A stretch of 63,769 nt of DNA, counting the filler, from an uncultured bacterium (GTDB lineage Bacteria > DYJV01), in the NCBI GenBank assembly GCA_964543655.1. It is 4 parts of 4 records of this genome, joined end to end, with 100 filler letters (N's around TTAATTAATTAA, not from the genome) between each part and the next. Parts side by side here need not be neighbours in the genome. Positions count along the whole stretch, not along the records: positions 1 to 18,274 come from CAZIZE010000050.1; positions 18,375 to 36,190 come from CAZIZE010000054.1; 2 more parts are not named here. The stretch is one strand, 5' to 3'. Shown piece by piece: positions 10,066 through 19,474 of this stretch. The position numbers and the translations under genes are program-made. The notes below the pieces were generated by a model. The model ran no database searches. It was not told where the DNA came from and saw only the letters and a program-made list of their open reading frames with translations. The number at the start of each line of letters is the position of its first letter. Positions within the stretch are counted from its first letter, which is position 1.

Positions 10066-10293
10066 ATGATTATTTTATTAAACAACAAGGCAAAAAAAGA
10101 GCAGATTGATTTAATTCTTGAAACATTGGATAAACAAAATTTATCAGCTTTCCACATTCCAAATGAAAATGCTATAGCAATAATTGAAAACAATCTTTCA
10201 GTAGAGGTATCACCTGAATTAATAAAAACTCTTCCAGGAATTGACAGGGTATTAGTTGACTACAATATGAATAGTGGAAAAATAGTAAATTAA
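10066..10293 (+). CDS. Stand-alone ferredoxin-like regulatory domain of type I-beta DAHP synthase (no catalytic barrel)
   Basis: MIILL..KAKKEQI...PELIKTLPGIDRV resembles the N-terminal regulatory domain of Thermotoga-type AroF; AAGGAGG RBS; lies behind a Phe/Tyr attenuator. Confidence 0.7.
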   Translation: MIILLNNKAKKEQIDLILETLDKQNLSAFHIPNENAIAIIENNLSVEVSPELIKTLPGIDRVLVDYNMNSGKIVN

Positions 10294-10318
10294 TTTTTTT
10301 TAATTTGGCATTTTCTCT

Positions 10319-10352
10319 TTGACTTTTTAACTAAATCAAACTATGATTTAGT
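10319..10352 (+). promoter_or_regulatory. Sigma70 promoter overlapped by a palindromic operator
   Basis: TTGACT-17-TATGAT; perfect inverted repeat ACTAAATCA-N5-TGATTTAGT at 10330-10352. Confidence 0.65.
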
Positions 10353-10376
10353 ATCACTAAAAAAGGAGAGAGAAAA

Positions 10377-10970
10377 ATGCCAAAAAAAGTAAAACATTTA
10401 CTGAAAGAACTTGGAATCGGCAGTAAAATTCGTGAAATTAGACAAGAAAAAAATATAACCATACAAGAACTTAGTGAAAAAACTGGCCTTTCCAAGGGAC
10501 TAATCTCTCAGGTTGAAAATGAACAGGTTTCTCCCCCAATATCTACTTTATTAAAAATAGCCTCTGCTTTAAAAACAGATCTGGCACATTTTTTTCAAGA
10601 AAAAGAAGAAAATCCTAAGGTTACAGTTGTTAGAAAAAGTGAAAGAATAGTTTCTGGAAGAAGAGGAGTTAAAGGAATTGACTTAGGCTATTCTTATGAA
10701 TCACTTGCACATAAAAAGATTAACAAACACATGGATCCATTCATAGTAACTTTTGAAGTGAAGGAAAAAGAAGATATTGTTATGTTCAGTCATGAAGGGG
10801 AAGAGTTTGTATATGTGTTAAAAGGAGAGTTAGAATTTGTTACTGATGAAGGTGATGATATTATATTAAATGAAGGTGATTCTCTTTACTTTGAAGCAGA
10901 CGTTCATCATGGTTATCGTTCTATAAAAGAGCCTTCTCTTGCATTAATTGTAGTTTATAATAAAATTTAA
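10377..10970 (+). CDS. XRE-family transcriptional regulator with C-terminal cupin domain
   Basis: HTH_XRE N-terminus (IQELSEKTGLSKGLISQVEN), cupin motifs HEGEEFVYVLKG and GDSLYF...HH. Confidence 0.92.
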   Translation: MPKKVKHLLKELGIGSKIREIRQEKNITIQELSEKTGLSKGLISQVENEQVSPPISTLLKIASALKTDLAHFFQEKEENPKVTVVRKSERIVSGRRGVKGIDLGYSYESLAHKKINKHMDPFIVTFEVKEKEDIVMFSHEGEEFVYVLKGELEFVTDEGDDIILNEGDSLYFEADVHHGYRSIKEPSLALIVVYNKI

Positions 10971-10980
10971 GGATATAACA

Positions 10981-11544
10981 ATGATAGAAATTCGTTTTCA
11001 TGGTAGAGGTGGTCAGGGAGCTGTAATTGCTTCAAAAATGCTTGCTTATGCTTTTTTTCTTGATGGCAAATTTGCCCAATCTTTCCCAACTTTTGGTGCA
11101 GAGAGGAGAGGCGCACCTGTAGCAGCATTTGTGAGGGTTGACGATAAATATATTGAAAACAGAAGCCCAATTCAATCCCCTGATTATGTTATAGTAATGG
11201 CTGGCAAACTTGCAGAAACAATAGATGTTTCCTTAGGTATAAAAAAAGATGGAATTATTATAATTAATTGTGATAAATCACCAGATTTTTACCATTTTGA
11301 AGAAAAAGTTAAAATTCTTACATTTGATGTTAACAAATTGGCATTGGAATACAAATTGGGAACCAAAACAATGCCAATTATCAATGCGCCTATTTTAGGT
11401 ATTTTTGCAGGTATAACAGAGCTTGTTTCAATTTCATCTTTAAAAAAAGCTGTTGAGAAATTTATCCCTGTAAAAATAGAATCCAATCAAAAAGCGCTTT
11501 TAGATGCTTATAATTTAGTAAGGAGTCAAAATGGAAACAGTTGA
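10981..11544 (+). CDS. 2-oxoacid:acceptor oxidoreductase gamma subunit (PorC/PadE-like)
   Basis: [23 protein letters not shown]. Confidence 0.93.
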
Positions 11545-13156
11545 ATATGAAGGAGTTGTATCATCATTTGATATTTCAAAATTGCCCTTATCTATCACCA
11601 CAACAGAGGTAAATTTAACAGGTTCATGGAAATTTTTTAAGCCTGTTGTAAAAGAAAAATTATCACCATGTTCTTTAGCCTGTCCTTCTAATATCAATAT
11701 AGCAAGATACATTATGCATATAGTTAAGGGTGATTTGAAACATGCAGCTGAAATACTTAGAAATGAGAATCCTTTTCCTGCCACATGTGGAAGAGTTTGT
11801 CCACATTTTTGTCAATATGAATGCAACAGAGCCAATTTTGATGAAGAAGTTTCAATTAGAGATATAGAAAAGTTTCTTGGTGATTATGCTCTTGAAATAC
11901 CATTGGAAAAAACTTCTCTTGAACTAAAAAAGAGTGTTGCAATTATAGGCTCTGGACCAGCTGGACTTGCTGCTGCATATTTTTTAAAAAGATTTGGAGT
12001 TAATGTTACAATTTTTGAAAGAGAGAATGAGTTAGGTGGACTTTTGAGATATGGAATTCCAGACTATAGACTACCTAAAAATATAGTAAAAAGAGAGATA
12101 GATAACATTATAGCATTGGGTATAGATGTAAAAACCAATACAGAGGTAACTCCAAAGTTATTAACTTCTCTTTATGAAAATTTTGATGCTGTTATTGTAG
12201 CTACTGGCCTTTGGAAAGGAAAAGTTCCAGAAAATATTGAAATAGATAATAAATATTTTTTTAAAGGAATAGATTTTTTGAAAAAAATCAATAAAGAGCA
12301 CAATATATTTACAAATGAAAAAATTGCAATTATTGGTGGTGGCAATGTTGCCATTGATATAGCAAGGACATTGCTGAGATATGGGAACACCCCTATTATA
12401 ATTTATAGAAGAACAATTGATGAAATGCCAGCTTTTAAAGAAGAAATTAATGATGCTATTGAAGAAGGTATTAAAATAAGAGAGAAACTGATTTTAAAAG
12501 ATTATAAATTGGATAATGAGGCGATTGTAGGATATTTTGGAAAAGTTGAAAAAATCATAGATAATAGAGTTGAAACATCAGAAGTTTTTGAAGAAGAGTT
12601 TAATAAGGTAATTTTTGCCATTGGTCAGGATAAAGAGTATAATTTTCCAGAAAATGGCAATATTTTTTATATAGGAGATATTTTACTTGGCCCATCTACT
12701 GTAACAGAATCTATTGCTTCTGCAAAAAAAACAGCTTTTAAAATATTAAATTTTTTTGGAGCTACTGATAATTTACCAGATGAAAATTTTTTCAGAAGTT
12801 TCAAAGATTATTCTTCAAAAGATGTTGTTGATTTTGAGAAAATCAATACATTCTATTTTCAAAAAACACCAAAATTACAAAAAGAGAAAATACCAATAAA
12901 CAGAAGAATATCAACCTTTGAAGAAGTATATCTCCCAATTACTCTTGAAGATATTGTTAATGAAGCAAAGAGATGTTTTAATTGCGGTATTTGCAACAAA
13001 TGTGGTACATGCTGGTTTTTCTGTCCTGATGTTTCTGTTGTATATGAAAAAGATTCCAATGAGTCAGTAGATTTTGATTATCAACATTGTAAGGGTTGCG
13101 GTGTTTGCTCTTCAGAATGCCCTCGTGGAGTTATAGAAATGGAAGAAGATAAATAA
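11531..13156 (+). CDS. GltD-like FAD/NAD(P) oxidoreductase fused to a PorD-like 2x[4Fe-4S] delta subunit
   Basis: N-terminal TGSWKFFKPV, CGRVCPHFC, GSGPAGL, GGGNVAID, C-terminal CNKCGTCWFFCP and CKGCGVCSSECP. Confidence 0.85.
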   Translation: METVEYEGVVSSFDISKLPLSITTTEVNLTGSWKFFKPVVKEKLSPCSLACPSNINIARYIMHIVKGDLKHAAEILRNENPFPATCGRVCPHFCQYECNRANFDEEVSIRDIEKFLGDYALEIPLEKTSLELKKSVAIIGSGPAGLAAAYFLKRFGVNVTIFERENELGGLLRYGIPDYRLPKNIVKREIDNIIALGIDVKTNTEVTPKLLTSLYENFDAVIVATGLWKGKVPENIEIDNKYFFKGIDFLKKINKEHNIFTNEKIAIIGGGNVAIDIARTLLRYGNTPIIIYRRTIDEMPAFKEEINDAIEEGIKIREKLILKDYKLDNEAIVGYFGKVEKIIDNRVETSEVFEEEFNKVIFAIGQDKEYNFPENGNIFYIGDILLGPSTVTESIASAKKTAFKILNFFGATDNLPDENFFRSFKDYSSKDVVDFEKINTFYFQKTPKLQKEKIPINRRISTFEEVYLPITLEDIVNEAKRCFNCGICNKCGTCWFFCPDVSVVYEKDSNESVDFDYQHCKGCGVCSSECPRGVIEMEEDK

Positions 13157-13170
13157 TTAAAGGAGTAACC

Positions 13171-14313
13171 ATGAAAAAGGAAATGCTTCTTGGAAGCGAA
13201 GCTATTGCTGAGGGAGTTAGATTATCAAAGCCAGGTGTTATAGCTGCTTATCCAATTACTCCCCAGACACATATAATAGAAACATTGTCAGAAATGGTTG
13301 ACAATGGAATTTTAAATGCAAAATTTATTAAAGTTGAATCTGAAATTTCAGCAGCAGCATCAGTACTTGGATCAGCAACTGCTGGAGTTCGCTCTTTTAC
13401 TGCCACATCCTCTCATGGATTGGCATTAATGCATGAAATGCTACACTGGATAGCTGGCTCTCGTATTCCTCTTGTTATGGTAAATGCAAATAGAGCTATT
13501 GGTGGCCCATGGAACATCTGGACGGATCAAACAGACAGTATGTCTCAACGTGATTTAGGCTGGCTACAAATATATTGCACATCATCTCAAGAAGCACTTG
13601 ACACAATAATTCAAGCTTTTTACATTACAGAGAAAATTTTATTACCTGTAATGGTTATGATTGATGGTTTTATACTGTCTCATACAATGGAGCCTGTTGA
13701 AATCCCGGAAGAGAATATTGTTGATGAATTCTTACCTGAATATGAACCAGAGATCTGCCTTGATCCAGATAAACCATTTACTTTCAATGCAGCTGCCAAA
13801 GGTGATACATTTTATCTTTTAAAAAAAGATATGCAGGATACCATAATGAATTCCTTTGACATTATTCAGAACACATTCAGTAGATTTGAGGAATTTTTTG
13901 GAAGAAAATATAATTTTCTATCAACTTATAAAATAGAAGATGCAGACACTGTTTTTATTGTTGCAGGAGCCCTTGCTGGCACAGTTAAAGTAGCAATAGA
14001 TTCTTTGAGAAATGAAGGTTTAAAAATAGGTGTTGTTATTCTAAGACTGTTCAGGCCTTTTCCAGTAAATACCATAAGAGAGCTACTTAAAGATTTTCAA
14101 AACATAATTGTTTTAAATAAATCATTAAGTTATGGTGCTTCAGGTACAATTACTCAAGAAATAAAAGCAGCACTTTTTGGAACCAATACAAATTGCAATA
14201 TATATGATGTAATAGTAAGCCTTGGTGGCAAAGAAATTTTTCCAGAAACAATTGCAAATATTGCAAAATCGTACAAAAACTATCCTTTGGATAAAACCAT
14301 TTGGTTGAACTAA
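13171..14313 (+). CDS. 2-oxoacid:ferredoxin oxidoreductase alpha subunit (PorA-like)
   Basis: AYPITPQT, VESE, TATSSHGL, RLFRPFP. Confidence 0.93.
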   Translation: MKKEMLLGSEAIAEGVRLSKPGVIAAYPITPQTHIIETLSEMVDNGILNAKFIKVESEISAAASVLGSATAGVRSFTATSSHGLALMHEMLHWIAGSRIPLVMVNANRAIGGPWNIWTDQTDSMSQRDLGWLQIYCTSSQEALDTIIQAFYITEKILLPVMVMIDGFILSHTMEPVEIPEENIVDEFLPEYEPEICLDPDKPFTFNAAAKGDTFYLLKKDMQDTIMNSFDIIQNTFSRFEEFFGRKYNFLSTYKIEDADTVFIVAGALAGTVKVAIDSLRNEGLKIGVVILRLFRPFPVNTIRELLKDFQNIIVLNKSLSYGASGTITQEIKAALFGTNTNCNIYDVIVSLGGKEIFPETIANIAKSYKNYPLDKTIWLN

Positions 14314-14332
14314 CACAGATTAGGAGTCAATA

Positions 14333-15205
14333 ATGGATTTTTCAAAAATAACAAACATAGAATATATGAGTCAGGGACATTTAGGTTGCCCCGGGTGTGG
14401 TGCAACTCTTTCAATGAGACATGCTTTAAAAGTTTTAGGAGAGAATACTGTTGTTATTATTCCAGCATGCTGTTGGTCAATAATTGCCGGCGGACTACCA
14501 ATGACAGCTCTACAGGTTCCTTTAATGCACGTGCCATTTGCTGTTGCAGCTGCATGTGCAAGTGGTGTTAGTGAAGCATACAAATATAAAGGTAGAGATG
14601 ATATAACTGTTATGGCATGGGCTGGAGATGGTGGAACATTTGACATAGGGTTACAGGCTCTATCTGGTGCTGCTGAGAGAAAGGATGACTTTATCTATGT
14701 TTGCTATGATAATGAAGCATACATGAACACAGGTATTCAAAAAAGCTCTGCAACTCCTCCTGGAGCTTGGACTACAACTACACCTGCTGGTAAAGAGATT
14801 GATTTTGAAAAAAAAGATATTTTTCAAATAGTATCAGCTCATAATCCTGCTTATGTGGCAACTGCTTCAATAGCTTTTCCTGATGATTTTTATAGAAAAT
14901 TTGAAAAAGCTAAAAATATAAAGGGATTTAGATTTATTCACCTCTTTTCTACCTGCTCTCCAGGGTGGAAAATAGATTCATCAGACTCTTTAAAAGTTAT
15001 GAGAAAAGCTGTTGAATCAGGATTTTTTATTTTAATGGAAAAAGAAGGGGAAGATGAGATTAAAATAACATATAAGCCTGAAAAGTTCATTCCTATTACT
15101 GAATATTTTAAAATTCAGGGAAGGTACAGAAATCTAACAGAAGATAAAATTGAATTAATTCAAGAAAGAATAAATAAAAGGCTTGCAAAATTTGGGCTTA
15201 TCTAA
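14333..15205 (+). CDS. 2-oxoacid:ferredoxin oxidoreductase beta subunit (PorB-like, TPP-binding)
   Basis: GCPGCG, GDGGTFDIG, YDNEAYMNTGIQ. Confidence 0.93.
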   Translation: MDFSKITNIEYMSQGHLGCPGCGATLSMRHALKVLGENTVVIIPACCWSIIAGGLPMTALQVPLMHVPFAVAAACASGVSEAYKYKGRDDITVMAWAGDGGTFDIGLQALSGAAERKDDFIYVCYDNEAYMNTGIQKSSATPPGAWTTTTPAGKEIDFEKKDIFQIVSAHNPAYVATASIAFPDDFYRKFEKAKNIKGFRFIHLFSTCSPGWKIDSSDSLKVMRKAVESGFFILMEKEGEDEIKITYKPEKFIPITEYFKIQGRYRNLTEDKIELIQERINKRLAKFGLI

Positions 15206-15217
15206 TAATAGATATGT

Positions 15218-16015
15218 ATGACTGACTTTAAATCCAAGGTTAAAAATGTTGTAAAGAATAATTTTAAAATAAGCAAAGAAAAATATTTTGAATTTGAAAA
15301 AAAATACAACTTTTTTCATAATCTCTCCGTAGCACTTGGAAATTTTCTCAATATCCAACCTAATTCAACAGTTCTTGATATTGGCTGTGGATATGGAATT
15401 TCAACAAATGCAATTAAAAAAGAGTTTAATGTATCAGAAGTAATTGGAATTGATCTTTCAGATGAAATGATCAATTTTGGCAAAGCTATCTACCCATCTT
15501 TAAATTTAATGACCTGTGACGGAGAAGAGATTGAAAACATTTTTAAAAATAGGCAATTTAATTATATTGTTTACAATGCTTCTATTTTCATATTCCCTGA
15601 CACATTAACAGCTTTTAAAAGTGCTTTTAATCTCATAAAAAAAAATGGTTACATAGGCTTTTCACACTATCCAGAAATTATAGATACTTTTACAGGCAAA
15701 GATCTATTTAGCCACGCATTTGAAATTAGCGGTTTTCCATTACCTAAAAAAAGAGTTATTTCTGATTTAACAACATGCATTAATAATCTTTCTAAAGCTA
15801 ATTTTAAAAATATAATTACCACAGAATATACATTGAGGCTTAATACAGAATTTCTTATAGATTTTTTTTCAATACCAGCTCAATCTGCTTCACTTTTTCC
15901 AAAAAATAGTTACAAAGAAAGAGTTCCCTTAATTAAAAAATTATTTCAAAATTTAAAACAATTTGAATCAAAAGGAAAAATTTCTTGGAAAATTGTTAAA
16001 GCAGAAAAATTATAA
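15218..16015 (+). CDS. Class I SAM-dependent methyltransferase
   Basis: VLDIGCGYG, GIDLSDEMI. Confidence 0.85.
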   Translation: MTDFKSKVKNVVKNNFKISKEKYFEFEKKYNFFHNLSVALGNFLNIQPNSTVLDIGCGYGISTNAIKKEFNVSEVIGIDLSDEMINFGKAIYPSLNLMTCDGEEIENIFKNRQFNYIVYNASIFIFPDTLTAFKSAFNLIKKNGYIGFSHYPEIIDTFTGKDLFSHAFEISGFPLPKKRVISDLTTCINNLSKANFKNIITTEYTLRLNTEFLIDFFSIPAQSASLFPKNSYKERVPLIKKLFQNLKQFESKGKISWKIVKAEKL

Positions 16016-16024
16016 ATTAAAGAG

Positions 16025-17830
16025 GTGATCATGATAGAAGATATATTAATGGGTAATGAAGCTGTTGCTCTTGGATTACTTGAAGCTGGATGCAATGTAA
16101 TATCAGCCTATCCTGGCACACCTTCATCAGAAGTTCTACCATATGCAGATAAATTGAGAAAAGAATTCAAACTACCTGTTTTTGTAGAATGGTCAGTTAA
16201 TGAAAAATGCGCATTTGAACTAGTTTATGCTAATGCAATTATAGGTGGAACATCTGCTGTTATAATGAAGCAGGTGGGACTCAATGTGTCTCTTGATCCA
16301 TTAATGAGCAGTGCTTACATAGGTCACAGAGGAGCAATGGTAGTTGTTGTTGCTGACGATCCAGGTCCCATTAGCTCACAAACAGAGCAGGATACAAGAT
16401 TTGCTGCAATGTTTGCAAAGCTACCTGTTTTTGACCCTTCAAATCCAGAAGAAGCAAGAGAATTTGCAAAATTGGCAGTAAAAGTATCAAAGGAATATGA
16501 AATTCCTGCTATTATCAGGTTAACAGGGAGGATTTCTCATGCTAAGATGAATATAAAATATTCCCCATTAAATGCTGAAAATTTTAAAAAAAATCTAAAA
16601 TTTGAAAAAGACCCTTTTAGATGGGCAGCAATTCCAAAATTTAGATTTTTACAACATGTAGAGTTAAATAAAAAAATCAATAAATTACAGGATAACAACT
16701 ATTTTTACTTAAAAAAATTTGCTCAGGATAATCAAAACCTTATTATAACTTCAGGAATCTGTTATGCAAATATTCTTGACGCTATTGAATATCTAAATGT
16801 AAAAAATATTGACGTTTTAAAAATTAATTTACCATATCCTTTATCGAAAAATATTAACAATATTTTAAAAAATTATAATAAAATTTTAATAATTGAAGAA
16901 AATTATCCTGTTATAGAATATCAAATTAGAGAGAAAAATATTTATGGAAGATTAACATCAGATATTCCATCTGAAGGTGAATTATCAGTTGATAAAATTA
17001 TTAATATTGTTCTACATTTCTTCTCTATACATAAGTCTCAAGTATCTCCTGTAAATATCACCTCTAAAAAACCAGAATTATGTGCAGGATGCCCACATAG
17101 AAATTCTTTTTATGCAATAAAAAAGGCTTTTCATAGAGGCATTTTCCCCTCTGACATTGGTTGTTATACTCTTGGTTTAAACATGGGTGCTGTAGATACA
17201 TGTTTATGTATGGGAGCATGCATTAACCAGGCAGCTGGATTTTATCAAGGCTTTAAAACTTCAGGAGCTGATATTCCACCAATAATAGCAACTATTGGGG
17301 ATTCAACATTTTTTCACAGTGGTGTCCCTGCACTTGTTAATTCAATTTACCATGGTTCTGCTTTTGTTCTTGTTATTTTAGACAATTCCACTGTTGCTAT
17401 GACTGGTTTTCAACCAACTCCTGATACAGGAGTTTTATTACAGGCTAAAGGTAATAGAGTTTCCATAGAAAACTTAGTAAAGGGATGCGGAGTAAAATTT
17501 TTAAAAACAGTAAAACCTTCAAATATAAAAGATATGATAGAAACATTAAAAGAAGCTTGGCAATATGCAATTGAAAATCAAACAGTTTCAGTAATAATAG
17601 CTAAAGAGCCCTGTGCAATATTAGCAAATAAAAACAACATGTTAAAACAATATCATGTTGAAATTACTGAAAATTGTACTGGTTGCAAGTATTGCATAAA
17701 AATTTTTCAATGCCCAGCACTTATTTTCAATGATTCATTAAATAGAGTGGAAATTGATAAAGCTATCTGCATAAACTGTGGTGTATGCGCACAAATCTGC
17801 CCTGAAAATGCAATAGCAATCAAAGATTAA
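16025..17830 (+). CDS. iorA: Indolepyruvate:ferredoxin oxidoreductase alpha subunit
   Basis: MGNEA, YPGTPSSE, MKQVGLNV, SSQTEQDTR, CAGCPHR, DIGCYTLG, IGDSTFFHSG, C-terminal ferredoxin. Confidence 0.92.
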   Translation: MIMIEDILMGNEAVALGLLEAGCNVISAYPGTPSSEVLPYADKLRKEFKLPVFVEWSVNEKCAFELVYANAIIGGTSAVIMKQVGLNVSLDPLMSSAYIGHRGAMVVVVADDPGPISSQTEQDTRFAAMFAKLPVFDPSNPEEAREFAKLAVKVSKEYEIPAIIRLTGRISHAKMNIKYSPLNAENFKKNLKFEKDPFRWAAIPKFRFLQHVELNKKINKLQDNNYFYLKKFAQDNQNLIITSGICYANILDAIEYLNVKNIDVLKINLPYPLSKNINNILKNYNKILIIEENYPVIEYQIREKNIYGRLTSDIPSEGELSVDKIINIVLHFFSIHKSQVSPVNITSKKPELCAGCPHRNSFYAIKKAFHRGIFPSDIGCYTLGLNMGAVDTCLCMGACINQAAGFYQGFKTSGADIPPIIATIGDSTFFHSGVPALVNSIYHGSAFVLVILDNSTVAMTGFQPTPDTGVLLQAKGNRVSIENLVKGCGVKFLKTVKPSNIKDMIETLKEAWQYAIENQTVSVIIAKEPCAILANKNNMLKQYHVEITENCTGCKYCIKIFQCPALIFNDSLNRVEIDKAICINCGVCAQICPENAIAIKD

Positions 17831-17879
17831 TTAAACCTTATACTCATTGACCAGACTCTAAACTCCATACTTGTCAATC

Positions 17880-17896
17880 TTGGCACATTTCTTGTT
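17880..17896 (+). promoter_or_regulatory. Possible sigma54 (-24/-12) promoter of flagellin
   Basis: TTGGCAC-N5-TTGTT (GT instead of the canonical GC at -12). Confidence 0.45.
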
Positions 17897-17950
17897 TTTA
17901 ACTCCTTATAAGAAAATTTTTCTTAATATATAAAACAAGGAGGTTTTAAA

Positions 17951-18274
17951 ATGGCTCTGGTAATTAACCACAACTTAATGGCAATGAATGCCGCAAGGAA
18001 CCTGCAATTTTCTTACAATGCACTGGCAAAATCCACTCAGAGATTATCCTCTGGATTAAGGATCAACAGTGCAGCAGATGATGCTGCTGGATTGGCGATT
18101 AGAGAGCTTATGAGGTCTGATATTGCTGTATTAAATCAGGGAATTAGAAATGCTCAGGATGCTATTAGTATGATTCAAACTGCTGATGGTGCTCTCTCTG
18201 TTATTGATGAAAAGCTTATTAGAATGAAAGAGCTTGCTGAACAGGCTGCAACTGGTACCTATACTTCCACACAG
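17951..18274 (+). CDS. fliC: Flagellin, N-terminal part (truncated by contig end)
   Basis: RLSSGLRINSAADDAAGLAI, NAQDAISMIQTADGAL. Confidence 0.95.
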
Positions 18275-18374
18275 NNNNNNNNNNNNNNNNNNNNNNNNNN
18301 NNNNNNNNNNNNNNNNNNTTAATTAATTAANNNNNNNNNNNNNNNNNNNNNNNNNNNNNNNNNNNNNNNNNNNN
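18275..18374. other. Artificial contig linker
   Basis: N-run, TTAATTAATTAA (stops in all six frames), N-run. Confidence 0.98.
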
Positions 18375-19136
18375 CCACACATCCTTGTTAGATTCTATAC
18401 AGTTAAAGATGAAGATGTAGCAAGAAAATCAGTTGTTTGGGGACTTTTCTTTATTGGTTTACTTTACTGGTCATCTCCAGCTTATGCTGCATTAGGCCAT
18501 TACTTCAATCCTGCTGGTGGGAAAAAAGTTGCTGATATAATTATTCTTTCAGCACCAGAAAAAGCAGGGCTTGGTCTTGGATTTATGGGGTATCTTGCTT
18601 CAGGTGCACTTGCAGCAGGTCTTTCAACAGTTGCAGGTCTCATGGTTGCAGGTGCTGCAGCTATTGCTCACGACTGGTATGCTACTGTATTTAAGCCAAG
18701 CTCCACAGAAGCTGAGAGAATTAAAATGGCAAGGGTATTTACAGTGGTTCTCGTTGCTATAGTTGTTGTTACCGGTCTTCATCCACCTGCACTTATTGCT
18801 CAAATAGTTGCTATGGCTTTTGCTATTGCCGGGTCATCAATATTCCCACTTATGGTTCTTGGTGTCTGGTATGGTAAAACTAATAAATATGGTGCTCTTG
18901 CAGGTGCGTTGGTTGGTCTTATTGGTGCTATAATTGCCATGATTGGATGGATTAACAAAGTGCCTTTCTTTGGTGCTCATGGTGTAATGCCAGCTACAAG
19001 CTCTGCATTAATACTTGCACCACTTAACATGATAGTTAATATTGTGGTTTCAAATGCTACCCAGGATAAGCTTACAGAAGAAGATATCAGGAAAGCTAAT
19101 GAGTGCTTAAGAGTAATGCACGATATTAAAGAATAG
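18375..19136 (+). CDS. Sodium:solute symporter family, ActP-like, C-terminal part
   Basis: Frame open from contig start (PHILVRFYTVKD...), ALAAGLST, IAHD, AFAIAGSSIFP; multiple TM helices. Confidence 0.85.
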   Translation, partial: PHILVRFYTVKDEDVARKSVVWGLFFIGLLYWSSPAYAALGHYFNPAGGKKVADIIILSAPEKAGLGLGFMGYLASGALAAGLSTVAGLMVAGAAAIAHDWYATVFKPSSTEAERIKMARVFTVVLVAIVVVTGLHPPALIAQIVAMAFAIAGSSIFPLMVLGVWYGKTNKYGALAGALVGLIGAIIAMIGWINKVPFFGAHGVMPATSSALILAPLNMIVNIVVSNATQDKLTEEDIRKANECLRVMHDIKE

Positions 19137-19145
19137 ACTAATTTA

Positions 19146-19177
19146 AAAAGAGGGAGTTATTCTCCCTCTTTTTTTTT
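19146..19177. terminator. Bidirectional intrinsic terminator between convergent genes
   Basis: AAAAAGAGGGAG-TTATT-CTCCCTCTTTTTTTT. Confidence 0.75.
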
Positions 19178-19438
19178 ATATTTTTTTCCATGAATAAACA
19201 TTAAATTTCTAATATAGATAAATAACCCAAGTCCCTGGCCGAGAATAAATACAGGATCTTTTCTATAGATTGCATAACTTAGCAAAGTCATACCTCCAGC
19301 AAGGCTGAAATACCAGAAATATATTGGAATAACACTTTCTTTCCTTTTTTCTGAAACAATCCATTGAACAATAAATCTCATTGCAAAGAGGAATTGTCCA
19401 AAAAAACCTATTGCAAGCCAAATTTTGTTAATATTCAT
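19157..19438 (-). CDS. Lipid A biosynthesis N-terminal domain (LAB_N) membrane protein
   Basis: GFFGQFLFAMRFIVQWIVSE, FWYFSLAGG, DPVFILGQ; ATG 19438 after GGAG. Confidence 0.88.
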   Translation of the reverse strand: MNINKIWLAIGFFGQFLFAMRFIVQWIVSEKRKESVIPIYFWYFSLAGGMTLLSYAIYRKDPVFILGQGLGLFIYIRNLMFIHGKKYKKKEGE

Positions 19439-19474
19439 ACAATCTCCATAATTCAAAGTTAAAAGTTAAAAATA

